Of a stretch of DNA of 53,295 bases, positions 16,852 through 26,247 are shown piece after piece. A program made the translations under genes and the position numbers. The notes beneath the pieces were generated by a model. The model saw only the letters and a list, made by a program, of their open reading frames with translations. It ran no database searches and was not told where the DNA came from. Numbering within the stretch: position 1 is the first letter of the stretch; the number at the start of each line of letters is the position of its first letter. This DNA is from a virus. Lineage: Duplodnaviria; Caudoviricetes. The stretch covers positions 1-53,295 of IMG/VR virus record IMGVR_UViG_3300033076_000662, one strand, 5' to 3'.

Positions 16852-17317
16852 GGTGCAACGCCACATGTATTCTTCTCCCCACACCCTGTATCCGCCGTAT
16901 CCGGCATCATGGAACAGCAATGGAACACCCCCTCTCGAATGGAAGAACCGGTTCTGTATCCGTGTTCCACGCACGCGGGGGTAATTCTCTGTCGCAGACT
17001 TGCGACAGCAATATAGTATATATACGGATACAGCGGATACAACGGATACAGAATACACCTCTCCATTCGAGAGAAGTTGTATCCGGCACTGTATCCGTTA
17101 ACCAATACGGGCGGATACAAATTGTTCAGACGGCGGACCTCTCTCCATTGGCACCTAGGGTCAAACCCGGAATCTCCCACGTGTGTGCGCGTTGTAGATA
17201 AGAGAAGGGGTCTTCGTTGCTTTCTGAATATTCCGGGCTATATTAGTAGCTTGAATATTATCAGAACGCAACGAAGACCCCAAGGAGAGGCTCGGAGACA
17301 CATTCAGGTGTGTCTCC
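16852..17317 (+). repeat. non-coding iteron/hairpin element, copy 1 (inverted paralog of about 49095-49613); putative origin or ncRNA
   Basis: CGGATACA/TGTATCCG repeats (three in tandem at 17024-17050), palindrome CTGTCGCA-GACT-TGCGACAG, AT-rich tract and a long hairpin at 17207-17281. Confidence 0.85.
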
Positions 17318-17326
17318 AGTACCGGG

Positions 17327-19336
17327 TTAACGCTGTTCAGCCGCTTGAATGTCCCGCTCGATATCGGGTAGGTCGGTACTGCCAGCGGTGGCGGGCCGCA
17401 AATCGTTCTCGATGTCCGGCATTTCACCTCCACCGCTCGGTGCTGGGAACACGGCCCCGGTAAGACCGGTCGTCACACCCGCCTGTGCTGTGGTTGCCTT
17501 TAGTGCCTTCGGCGCCTGTTGCGCCGTGTGTTCTTCCAACAGCTTGACCGCCGCCGCCACCTGATGGGGGTCGTGTGCCGCCAACATGTCCGCCAGTTTA
17601 GCCGCCACGCTGTCTGTCATCGTGGCCTTGTTGAATCCACGCATCACGGTGCCAACGAGCGATGGCCAGAAGCTGCCGGTGACAGCGCCCGTCACCACTT
17701 CTCCGACCCCTGGTTGACTTTCCAGCGCTTCTCTACCCTGCATGGTCTTTGCAGTTTGAGATCCGCCGAGTACCCGGTTGGCTTCAGTGAACAGCTGCGC
17801 TTCACGCTCCAGGGCTGTTTTGAACAGGCGGAACTGCTCCGGGGTGTCGAATAGCGGCATGAGCTTGGCCTGTGTTTCCGGTGAGCCAATCACGCCCTGT
17901 GCGGCGTTGCGGTTGCTGCTCGGACCCATGATGCTACCGTAAAGGTTGCGGGCCACCCCGGTGCGGAACGCCTCCTTCTCTGCCTGGGACATGCCGGCGA
18001 CCATTTTCATTATCTGTTCATGGTCAAGCTTGCCGAAGTCGTTATACCCGGTGCGCATAGCATCCAGCACTTCCATGTCACCAGCGTAACCCCGGCGTGC
18101 CGCAGCGTATTCCGGCACATTCTGGTCTATAGCGTTTACGAATTCCTTGCGCAGCTGACGCAGGGCGTTCGCTTCCGATTTCGACATGCCTTGACCGTTA
18201 AATCCGGACTCGATAGTAGCGTCGATGCCGCGTTTAATGTAATCAAGGGTTCGAACATCTGGAAGCTGGCGCAGGTTGAATCCCTGAAGCACCGGCAGCC
18301 CGGTTTGCGGGTCGTTGATATAAATTGGCTCATGGATGTCCGGGAGCTTGAACCTGGAGGGGTCTTCGCCGCGCAGCTTTGCAGCAAGGGCCTCCTTGTT
18401 GGCGATGTCACGTGCTTTGTTGTAGAAACCGGCAAAAGAGGGGTCTTTCAGGATCTCGGTAATCCGAGGGTCATCAACGGGGCCTGTGGCGTAGGCTTGA
18501 TCGTACAACGTGCCGGCTTTGGACCTCAGCTCTTCCACTAGTCGCTGTTCATCACCGTAGTAATCTCCGGGCTGCAAGCCACGACGAACTTGCTGGTACG
18601 TGCGTTCACGCGCGCCGGCTTTCTGCTTGATAAGTTCACGCTCCAGGGTCTGCGCACCCTGTCCCGTGCGCTGAGCCACGGCACGTGCCAAGTCAACCGT
18701 GGCGGGGGAGACGTTGGCAAGTCGGGACGGCACCTGCAGCAACCGGTCAACAGACATGCTGGTCTCGGCTTGCCTGGGGCTGATGCCCGCATCACGTAGC
18801 GCCTGCGCCAGCTTACCGGTGGCTACGCTTTGCACGTACTCATCGCTGGGGGCCAGTCGTTCGCGCAGCCAGCGAGCACCGGCCCCGGCACCCCTCAGCG
18901 CCACAGGGACGCCGACCCCGGTCACGCCGCCGAGGATGCCGCCGGCAACTGCGCCGCCTACGCGCTCGCCTTCTTTGGCTGCACCCGCGCCGGCAACCGC
19001 ACCGCTGCCGGCACCAATGGCTCCGAGCCGGGCGAGTGTCGCCAGTGTGGAGCGACCGAGCTGCTGGGCACCCGCTGCCTGTCCGCCAGGGATCATCATC
19101 GCGGCGACACCGGGGGCAGCCCCGCCAGCGAACTCACCCAGGGTCTGTGCTACTGGGTGTTCCTTGGCGAACCTGCCGTACTCATTGTGGATCTTGGCCA
19201 GCGCCTGGTCGTAGCCTTCGTCGCCAAGCTTGGAGCGCAGCCACGCTTCGGCCTCGTCACCCCAGCCCATCGCAAGACCCTGGCCCAGCGTGGCCCGCGC
19301 CAGGTTGGCGGCGTAGTTGGGTTGATTGTCTGCCAT
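17327..19336 (-). CDS. internal virion / DNA ejection protein
   Basis: 669 aa, Gly/Ala-rich N-terminal helices (QG...GWGDEA.A), last gene of the virion module. Confidence 0.65.
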   Translation of the reverse strand: MADNQPNYAANLARATLGQGLAMGWGDEAEAWLRSKLGDEGYDQALAKIHNEYGRFAKEHPVAQTLGEFAGGAAPGVAAMMIPGGQAAGAQQLGRSTLATLARLGAIGAGSGAVAGAGAAKEGERVGGAVAGGILGGVTGVGVPVALRGAGAGARWLRERLAPSDEYVQSVATGKLAQALRDAGISPRQAETSMSVDRLLQVPSRLANVSPATVDLARAVAQRTGQGAQTLERELIKQKAGARERTYQQVRRGLQPGDYYGDEQRLVEELRSKAGTLYDQAYATGPVDDPRITEILKDPSFAGFYNKARDIANKEALAAKLRGEDPSRFKLPDIHEPIYINDPQTGLPVLQGFNLRQLPDVRTLDYIKRGIDATIESGFNGQGMSKSEANALRQLRKEFVNAIDQNVPEYAAARRGYAGDMEVLDAMRTGYNDFGKLDHEQIMKMVAGMSQAEKEAFRTGVARNLYGSIMGPSSNRNAAQGVIGSPETQAKLMPLFDTPEQFRLFKTALEREAQLFTEANRVLGGSQTAKTMQGREALESQPGVGEVVTGAVTGSFWPSLVGTVMRGFNKATMTDSVAAKLADMLAAHDPHQVAAAVKLLEEHTAQQAPKALKATTAQAGVTTGLTGAVFPAPSGGGEMPDIENDLRPATAGSTDLPDIERDIQAAEQR

Positions 19337-19342
19337 GTTCTA

Positions 19343-21499
19343 TTACTCCAAATTGCCAGGGGTTGAATCAGTAGACCGGTAGAGTCCGGACTTGATCTCG
19401 TTGAGTCGTTTTTCTTCCCGTGCTCGGCGCTCCTTGGCAGCTTTGTAAGCGCGTTGGATGATCTTTGCCCGGTCTTCCGGAGTCTTAGAGCCTGCGCCCT
19501 CCAGCTCCATCAGGATAGCGCGTTCACCCTCCGTCGGAGCGCCGCCGAATGTGGTCTTGAGTTTAGACATGACTTGGCTGCCCAGCAGGTTCTCGACTTC
19601 CGATGTGTTCGACAATTTTGGGTCTTTAACCCCGGTCTCTTGCAGCAGCTTCCGCTGTGCCCGTTCAATCGCAGTGTTTCCGAATGTATTCGGGTTCAGC
19701 TGGTAGGCCCGATTCAGATCTTGCAGGGCGCTGTCCAAGCTAGACAGCGCGTTTTCAGTTTCCGTCTTGAGCTGCACTTCGGCCGGGGTTAGCTTGGCGG
19801 ACTCGGATTTCCTCAGGTCCAAACCCTGTTGTTGGATACCCAGGCTGAGGGCTTTGAAGAGATTACCGCCTTCCAACTTTTGCTTCACGTAGTCGTTTAC
19901 GAATTGGTTGAATTCCGGCGTCCCCTTTTGCAGCCCCGCATCCAGTGCTGCCTTACCGGCCTCGGATTGGGGGCGACCTGATGCCAGCTCTTCCCTGAGC
20001 AGGTCGCGCACAAAACCGGAACGGGTTTTCGCTTCATCAGCAGCCAGTTGCCTCGTGGTGGCGAGGTCTTCACGGGCATTGGTCGCGCGCATTTTTTGCG
20101 CTTCAAGCATGAGTTGCAACTGTTGCTTGCGGGCTTCAGACTGAGCGGAGCGAGTTTCTTTCTGGTGAGCTGCCATTTCGGCACCAGCCAAGGCTGCGTT
20201 TTCCATGAAGCTCCCGGTCTTGGTCGGAGCACCGAAAGCGGCTGCCAGCCGGAAGTACAACTCAGCTTTCGACGGTCCCGCGCTTTCCGGGTTTGCCGCA
20301 AGCTTGGCCAGCATCTCGTTGAACGCACCGAGTTCCTTATCCGACCGAGCCCGCGCGGTGTGCAGCTCCTCCGCGTATGGTGACGGGGATTGTTCATACC
20401 TGGAGAGCATAGCGGCCAGCGGGCCGGCTGTCGAGCGGGTCGTTGGTACGTCAGGTTGCGGTGTTGGCAGCGCGGGGAAAGAAGATGCGGGTCGGGCTAA
20501 GATACCCGCCGGAACCAGGGGTGAGAGTCCGAATTTCGTGGACTTTGAAGATCCGACGAAATTGGCCACCGGGTCTGCGATACCCTGAGCGGCTGCGTCC
20601 TTACGAATCAAATCAACAAGCTCCGGGCTCAGGTTGCTACCGCCCGTGAGTTGAGGCAGGGCCTGCGGGTCCGACCCTGCTTGGCTTGTGTCTACTTCAC
20701 CACCCTCGGCATATTTCTTCACGAGACCGCCCATGCAGTATCCATCACCGCCATCCGAGTCCCCGCCGTCCGACCCGTCAGAATCTGATCCGTACCCGCC
20801 GCCCCCGATAGTCCCAACGTCAGGAGCATCACCGAGCGCGCTGAATCCGTTATCAGAGCCGTGGCTACCGCCGCCGTTCCAGGTGGGCGCTATATTGGTC
20901 TGAGCCTGTGTCTGACCAGCGATAGAAGAGATTGCCGGAGCTGCGGATTCCCGCAATACTCCCGTCAGGTTAGGCATCTGCGGCGTGCTGTATTTGGGCA
21001 GGCCCAGCACGTTATTGCCCCAATAGTTGCCGGTGGCTCGGTAGATGTCTTCGTTACTTACACCCCACTGACGTTGGGCATCGGACACTTCGGCCGGGGT
21101 TGCAGATTGATGCTGCTGAAGCCAGTCGCGGATATTGGCGTAGTATTGGTTGGCCCCGATACCTTCCGGGGCAGTGGCAGAGGTGTACCCGGCTGAGCTT
21201 GCTTTATCCAACGGCAGAGCACCGGTTCCGAACTGAGAGCGGGAATACATCGGGGTGGAGGTCAGCCGATTGCGATACTGTGTGGAATAGTCGTTGTAAG
21301 CTTGCTGGTCCGCTTTATAGCTCGCCAAGTCGGCGTCATATTTAGCCTGCAGCTCTTCCAGCGGGATGCGTTCTTGCGTTCCAGGACGATACACAAGCAT
21401 GTCTGCCTCCGGTTTGACGGGGGCAGACATCCCACCGTACACCAACGCCGGGGTGGACACCCCGTACTGCTGCATCAGCCGATTAAGTTCGTAGCTCAT
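19343..21499 (-). CDS. internal virion / DNA ejection protein
   Basis: 718 aa with coiled coils, a C-terminal LK.TFGG.PTEGER pattern, a low-complexity linker and YAEGG. Confidence 0.65.
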   Translation of the reverse strand: MSYELNRLMQQYGVSTPALVYGGMSAPVKPEADMLVYRPGTQERIPLEELQAKYDADLASYKADQQAYNDYSTQYRNRLTSTPMYSRSQFGTGALPLDKASSAGYTSATAPEGIGANQYYANIRDWLQQHQSATPAEVSDAQRQWGVSNEDIYRATGNYWGNNVLGLPKYSTPQMPNLTGVLRESAAPAISSIAGQTQAQTNIAPTWNGGGSHGSDNGFSALGDAPDVGTIGGGGYGSDSDGSDGGDSDGGDGYCMGGLVKKYAEGGEVDTSQAGSDPQALPQLTGGSNLSPELVDLIRKDAAAQGIADPVANFVGSSKSTKFGLSPLVPAGILARPASSFPALPTPQPDVPTTRSTAGPLAAMLSRYEQSPSPYAEELHTARARSDKELGAFNEMLAKLAANPESAGPSKAELYFRLAAAFGAPTKTGSFMENAALAGAEMAAHQKETRSAQSEARKQQLQLMLEAQKMRATNAREDLATTRQLAADEAKTRSGFVRDLLREELASGRPQSEAGKAALDAGLQKGTPEFNQFVNDYVKQKLEGGNLFKALSLGIQQQGLDLRKSESAKLTPAEVQLKTETENALSSLDSALQDLNRAYQLNPNTFGNTAIERAQRKLLQETGVKDPKLSNTSEVENLLGSQVMSKLKTTFGGAPTEGERAILMELEGAGSKTPEDRAKIIQRAYKAAKERRAREEKRLNEIKSGLYRSTDSTPGNLE

Positions 21500-21515
21500 A
21501 GGTTCATCCTTGCTT

Positions 21516-22847
21516 TTACGGGGTTGTCAGACCTTTGTACAGCGACAGCCCCTGCGCCAGCTGCGCCAACGGGGAGGCAGAATATGTAGCGCCCGAGGTC
21601 GTGTTCGAGCCTGTGGTAGATGTCGGCGTAATGGGTGCCATACCACGAATTTGAGTGCTGAGCCAGTCAAGTTGCTGCTTGGGGTACAACTGTTGGGCTT
21701 GATATTGCTGGTAAGCCGCATCCAGCTGTTTTTGCATCTGGTTTTGTTGCGACAATCCGGCAGATTCCAGCGCTGCCACGTCGGCAGTGCCCATAGTTTG
21801 CCCGAGTTGAGCCATGTTAGCTAGCCCAGTGAGTGCGCTTTGCTGCCGCGCCAGGTCGGAGCTGGCCAGTTGGCCCGCTTGCGCGCCGAGATTGGCGTAT
21901 AGTTGGGCCTGGGCCTGATTCAGGCCACCCATCGTACTGGCCATCTGTCCGTATTGGGAAGACCCCTGCAGCTGTTGGTTAATAGCCTGTTGCTGGGCGT
22001 TGGACAGAGCTTGACCGCCTTGGAGGACCGCCTGTTGCTGGGCCGTGCCCAAGCTGCCCGCCGTGGAAGCCAGCTGTGCTGCGCGGGCTTGGTCTTGCTG
22101 CGCTGCGGTCAGGGCCTGTCCGTAGCCGGACTGCAAAGCCTGTGCCTGTTGACCGAGTATGGATTCTTGAGTGTCTCGCAGGGCGCGGGAACCGAACTCA
22201 CCCATACGGGTGCCGCCGAATTGCCCAGCCCTAACGAAAGCATCAGACACGCCGGGAAGGAGGTTTTCAGTTAGATTCCTAGCCCCGAGTTCAGCAATTC
22301 TGTCCGTCACTGCCGTGTTGTACGGATTCATATAGTCCGTCACCCCCTCGTAAGCCCCGCGCGAGGCTTGCTGTAGGTAGGGGGACGCGGACTGGAGACC
22401 GCCGTACGATATTGCCTGCTGGACATAAGGGTCCAACATGCTGACGGCTTTGGAGTAATCCATCCCTTTGAGGAGACCGGACTGAGTATCGATGTAGGGT
22501 TTGGCCGAACCGGCAATATCGACGTTCTCGGCTTTTGTAAAATACGGGGACGCCGCGTCCGACGCCCCGGTAGAGCTGGCCAATCCAGCCATGCCGGCTT
22601 GGGCTTGCTGCAGGGTGGGCCGCCACGCGCCTTGGTTGGCCTGCACCTGCTGATACGCCTGCTGTTGCAGCGGGGACAGCTCCGCTACCGTCGGCAGCTC
22701 GTACGCCTGGTATGGCGTGTTGGCTATATTGGTGGCAACCTGGATCTGGTTGTAGATCGCGTCCTGCATCCACTTCGGGGTCTCAGTGGACGATGTGGTG
22801 TAAGACGTGGCGGTTTGGGGTGCACCTTGGAACAAACTATTGGCCAT
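21516..22847 (-). CDS. internal virion / pilot-like protein
   Basis: Gln/Ala-rich; YMNPY...V and AGQFGG.R pattern typical of podovirus ejection proteins. Confidence 0.65.
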   Translation of the reverse strand: MANSLFQGAPQTATSYTTSSTETPKWMQDAIYNQIQVATNIANTPYQAYELPTVAELSPLQQQAYQQVQANQGAWRPTLQQAQAGMAGLASSTGASDAASPYFTKAENVDIAGSAKPYIDTQSGLLKGMDYSKAVSMLDPYVQQAISYGGLQSASPYLQQASRGAYEGVTDYMNPYNTAVTDRIAELGARNLTENLLPGVSDAFVRAGQFGGTRMGEFGSRALRDTQESILGQQAQALQSGYGQALTAAQQDQARAAQLASTAGSLGTAQQQAVLQGGQALSNAQQQAINQQLQGSSQYGQMASTMGGLNQAQAQLYANLGAQAGQLASSDLARQQSALTGLANMAQLGQTMGTADVAALESAGLSQQNQMQKQLDAAYQQYQAQQLYPKQQLDWLSTQIRGMAPITPTSTTGSNTTSGATYSASPLAQLAQGLSLYKGLTTP

Positions 22848-22848
22848 T

Positions 22849-24492
22849 TTAACGGGCCTCCTTCAAATAAGCGAGCGGAGATTTGGCGTTCGCGCTGAAC
22901 TGACCACGGGCCATCGATTTCCCTTTATGTTGGCGGACTTGTTGACGCATGGCGTCTAGCCTGCGTGCGCCTTCTTTGGTGCTACCGTCACCCAGTAGGG
23001 CCACAGTTTCAGCGTCCATCACGTATTCGCCGTCCGACAACCTGGCGTCGATGGTGTCTGCCCTGCCAGAGCCGGAGCCGCGTGCCAGGTAGGCCACCTG
23101 CGACAACGCCCCGCCACGGGCCAACCTGGGAACCGGTTGGTTGTATTTGCCGCCGGTGATGAGGTTCCAGTTCCTGGCCATGTACTCAGGTAGCGCAACA
23201 CCGGATTTGGCGGCGTCCTGCTGCATGGCGTTCCAATCCCAAGTTATGCTCGGGCGGTTGAAGTATTCACGCTGTTCAGGGGACATCGTGGACACCGCCT
23301 GTTGAACGGACGGAGGGGCTGAGGAGAGGGACCCAAGCAAAGTAGCCCCCATCATCAATTCCTTCGGCCCCAGTTTCCCGAACACGCCCGAGTCCGTGGT
23401 TGGGGCGGGGCCGGAACCCTCATACCCATAGTTGGAATTCATGAAAGCCCTGTCAGCCGAGCTGGCTCCGGCCTGTCTGGCGGACTCAACAGCAGTCTTG
23501 GAAGGACTGTAGCTGGAGTGCAGACCGCTGGCTAGACCCGCCAAGCCCGCGCCGGCTAGGGATTCACCCGGTTTGAATCCTGCGGCCATCATGTTGCCGA
23601 ATTGAGAGCCCGCAGTGTTAACCCCGGTGCCGAAAGCACCCGTACCTCCTGCACCCTGCACCTGGGAACCCAGGTAACTACCGAGTGCACCCTGCACCGC
23701 ACCCCGCAAAGCGCCTTGACCAGTCGCAGCACCCATTGCGCCGCCGATGATACCAGACCCGAGAGCGTTCTGAGCGACCTGCCCCATACCGGGGGCCATT
23801 GCTCCGCCAACTACGCCGCCTAAGCCCTGCCCCATGGCTCCGAGAGCAGCGCCCTGCAGGGGGTTCCCGCCAGCCAGCGCCGAACCCAAACCTCCGGTGA
23901 CCGCCCCACCTAGGATAGCGCTACCAACCGTACCCAACCCCAGACCTAACGCACCGCTGATGGCAGTGCCGACTCCGGGAGCTACGATGCTCAACGCGAT
24001 CGGGGCCACCGTTTTAATCAGGCTCTTCAGAGAAAAATACTCGGGGAGCCCCGTGGTCGGGTTGATGGAGCCGCTACCCCCTGAGCGCCGCAGCATTTCG
24101 GCCTCTCGCGGGTTGATATGTGCCAGCATAGTGTCACCACCACGGCCGGCAGCCCGGAGCCGCTGCGCTGCCTGCGCTAGGCCGCCACGCGCGAATCCTT
24201 GTTGCTGCAACCTGGACGCCAGCTTGTACATGACAACCAACAGTGATACCAGGACCACAGGCTCAAACTGCTCGGGCAGATCCTCCGGGTCAAGCAGGCC
24301 GCTACGTATCGCTTTGTCGCGGATGGACTGGTAGTCTTGTGGGGAAGACAGGGCCGCTTCCAGTATGGAGATCAATTGCTGCGCGTCGCCGGCCGTGACG
24401 GGCATATCGCCCATTCTTTGTTCTGCCGCAGCTACGGCCTGCGCAATCTGCGGGTTGGTCTCCGCCACTTGCATCAATTGCTGTTTATTCAT
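22849..24492 (-). CDS. internal virion / DNA transfer protein
   Basis: RGGDT.LAHINP.EA..L...GG.G.INP.TGLPE and G.G.GR.D.I.A.LSDGEYV motifs; Gly-rich hydrophobic middle. Confidence 0.65.
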   Translation of the reverse strand: MNKQQLMQVAETNPQIAQAVAAAEQRMGDMPVTAGDAQQLISILEAALSSPQDYQSIRDKAIRSGLLDPEDLPEQFEPVVLVSLLVVMYKLASRLQQQGFARGGLAQAAQRLRAAGRGGDTMLAHINPREAEMLRRSGGSGSINPTTGLPEYFSLKSLIKTVAPIALSIVAPGVGTAISGALGLGLGTVGSAILGGAVTGGLGSALAGGNPLQGAALGAMGQGLGGVVGGAMAPGMGQVAQNALGSGIIGGAMGAATGQGALRGAVQGALGSYLGSQVQGAGGTGAFGTGVNTAGSQFGNMMAAGFKPGESLAGAGLAGLASGLHSSYSPSKTAVESARQAGASSADRAFMNSNYGYEGSGPAPTTDSGVFGKLGPKELMMGATLLGSLSSAPPSVQQAVSTMSPEQREYFNRPSITWDWNAMQQDAAKSGVALPEYMARNWNLITGGKYNQPVPRLARGGALSQVAYLARGSGSGRADTIDARLSDGEYVMDAETVALLGDGSTKEGARRLDAMRQQVRQHKGKSMARGQFSANAKSPLAYLKEAR

Positions 24493-24504
24493 GTACAGTG
24501 TCTT

Positions 24505-24729
24505 TCAGGCAAGGGATTCGCACATACGCTCCGCCCATTCACGCCACGTAGTGAAATTATAAGGGTTTGGAAGGTTTCTGCCAAGTGATGTGTTGTTCAA
24601 AAACTGCACCCCCCAATTCTGCCAATCCGACTCCAACATCAGCTTACCAAATGCGCCGTACAGGTCCAAGTCCAGTACAGCGCAGTCGGCCCAGTCGGTA
24701 AGAGACATTCCGTGTGGTCTTGTCAGCAT
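24505..24729 (-). CDS. small virion-associated protein
   Basis: 74 aa with WQ.W and P.PY.F..W.EWA motifs, coupled to the upstream gene. Confidence 0.6.
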   Translation of the reverse strand: MLTRPHGMSLTDWADCAVLDLDLYGAFGKLMLESDWQNWGVQFLNNTSLGRNLPNPYNFTTWREWAERMCESLA

Positions 24730-26247
24730 TTACAACACCGTACCATCGCCGGATTCTACGTGGGCTATGATTTGCCCCATCTGGTAGTCCCCACCAATCA
24801 CATTGGATTCGAACCGGGCTCGAAGTTCCCTGCGCTGCTCCCTGAGGACTACGATTTGTTCGTTGGGCACGGATGCTTCATCTACAAACGTTACCGACTG
24901 GCCGTAAACTTCCGGCGCGCGGGCGTTGGCCCTGCCGGTGATGGTGACCTGCATGTCCCCCGATTGTATGAAATCGGGTTCTATCATGTGCACCCGCAGC
25001 ATACTGTTCTGACCCTGCACCAGTGATGACAGGTCAGCGGTCTCAAAGTACGATTGCACCGGTGCTATCGAGGTGCCGTCTATCTCATCCACACCCTGTT
25101 CGTGTACCCACACCTTATACCCGGTGCTGTGTTGGGTGGAACCCACAAGTATGGGGGCGGCATATGCGTTGTTAAACTGACCAGCCGATCTGCCGTCGGA
25201 CGGGAGTTCCGTGTCGTACCAGCAGTCTTCGCGCACGTTGTATATCACAGCGTGCGTGCATTCAGTGGCAGATCCGCGCGGGTAGCACCACCAAATCTCC
25301 CCGTAACGGGTGACTTTGAACGCAAAAACCTTAGACCTCTGAGCCGGATTCAGGTTATCGAAGAACCAGTTGAGGTTCATCTGGTTTGGCACATCCCGAA
25401 CAACGCCGTTGAACATCAGGAATCGATCAACACCGCACCAGAAGAAAACACCATCGTATTCCACTACGCTGTCCGCTGAGATGATAGAGGTGTCAGTAGC
25501 TATAGTGTCAAATTGGAATACGGTGCTCCCGCCAGTGAAGCTGGCCCGTATCAGCGCATCGTACGCCCAGAATAGCCCGGCGGGGGCTGAGCCGGACCCC
25601 GCACGCAGAGGCATACCTTTGATGATTTTCTGGCCCCACGCCCTAGCAATGCCCGACCCAGAACCCGTGAGGTTAGACGGGGAGCCGGCAACGGACCACC
25701 CAACCACACCGTCAGACCCGTAATAGAACAGGTACGGATGCAGCATCACGATACCGCCAGTGGCGTTGGCCCCAGAAGGCAGCGTGATAGGGGCAAGGGC
25801 AGCCGTGCCGAAGGCATCCCCATAGTAAATGTTTCCGCCGACTGAATTACATGCGCATGTGCCATTCGGGGCCACGTGCGCCAAGATCGCAGTCCCGTAC
25901 GATGAGGGCTCATATGCGTACGAAAACATCCACCTGTTGTCAACCGAGACCGGCATCCCGACCGGTGTCCGGTCGTGTATAGTGGATGAATTCTTCCCCG
26001 AGTCCAACGTGAAGCTTTCCAGCTTAGCACTGCTGCCGGAATGGCAGTACTGCATGGATTGCCGGGTGATACTTGAAAAACCACGGGAGGCACCGGACAA
26101 TCGCTTACTCACCGCCCTGAAACCGCCCATCTTACGAGGAAGACCCCTCTGGATTCGCATCCATTTACCATCGGTGTAGAAGTCTCCGTCGAATTTAGTT
26201 CCGTCCCGTTTTATGCCGGGTTTAGAACGCAGAATCAGGGTGGGCAT
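24730..26247 (-). CDS. tail tube / packaged DNA stabilization protein (P22 gp10-like)
   Basis: 505 aa, beta-rich, GEIWW.YP and YN..E..WY motifs; located just before the ejection genes. Confidence 0.65.
   Translation of the reverse strand: MPTLILRSKPGIKRDGTKFDGDFYTDGKWMRIQRGLPRKMGGFRAVSKRLSGASRGFSSITRQSMQYCHSGSSAKLESFTLDSGKNSSTIHDRTPVGMPVSVDNRWMFSYAYEPSSYGTAILAHVAPNGTCACNSVGGNIYYGDAFGTAALAPITLPSGANATGGIVMLHPYLFYYGSDGVVGWSVAGSPSNLTGSGSGIARAWGQKIIKGMPLRAGSGSAPAGLFWAYDALIRASFTGGSTVFQFDTIATDTSIISADSVVEYDGVFFWCGVDRFLMFNGVVRDVPNQMNLNWFFDNLNPAQRSKVFAFKVTRYGEIWWCYPRGSATECTHAVIYNVREDCWYDTELPSDGRSAGQFNNAYAAPILVGSTQHSTGYKVWVHEQGVDEIDGTSIAPVQSYFETADLSSLVQGQNSMLRVHMIEPDFIQSGDMQVTITGRANARAPEVYGQSVTFVDEASVPNEQIVVLREQRRELRARFESNVIGGDYQMGQIIAHVESGDGTVL

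Noticed and set aside
17024-17120. CRISPR or mini-array interpretation of the CGGATACA repeats
   Set aside because: Units are only 8-9 bp, partly abutting and in both orientations, with no regular spacers and no cas genes
16762-17201. ORFs containing CIRCIRCIR, IQRIQRIQ or YPLYPLYP (also at 49246-49862)
   Set aside because: These are translations of the 9-bp tandem repeat; reading frames and ends are not preserved between the two copies
17294-17317. GGAGACACA-TTCAGG-TGTGTCTCC as an intrinsic terminator of the last virion gene
   Set aside because: The stem is perfect but has no U-tract on either side; treated as part of the repeated element
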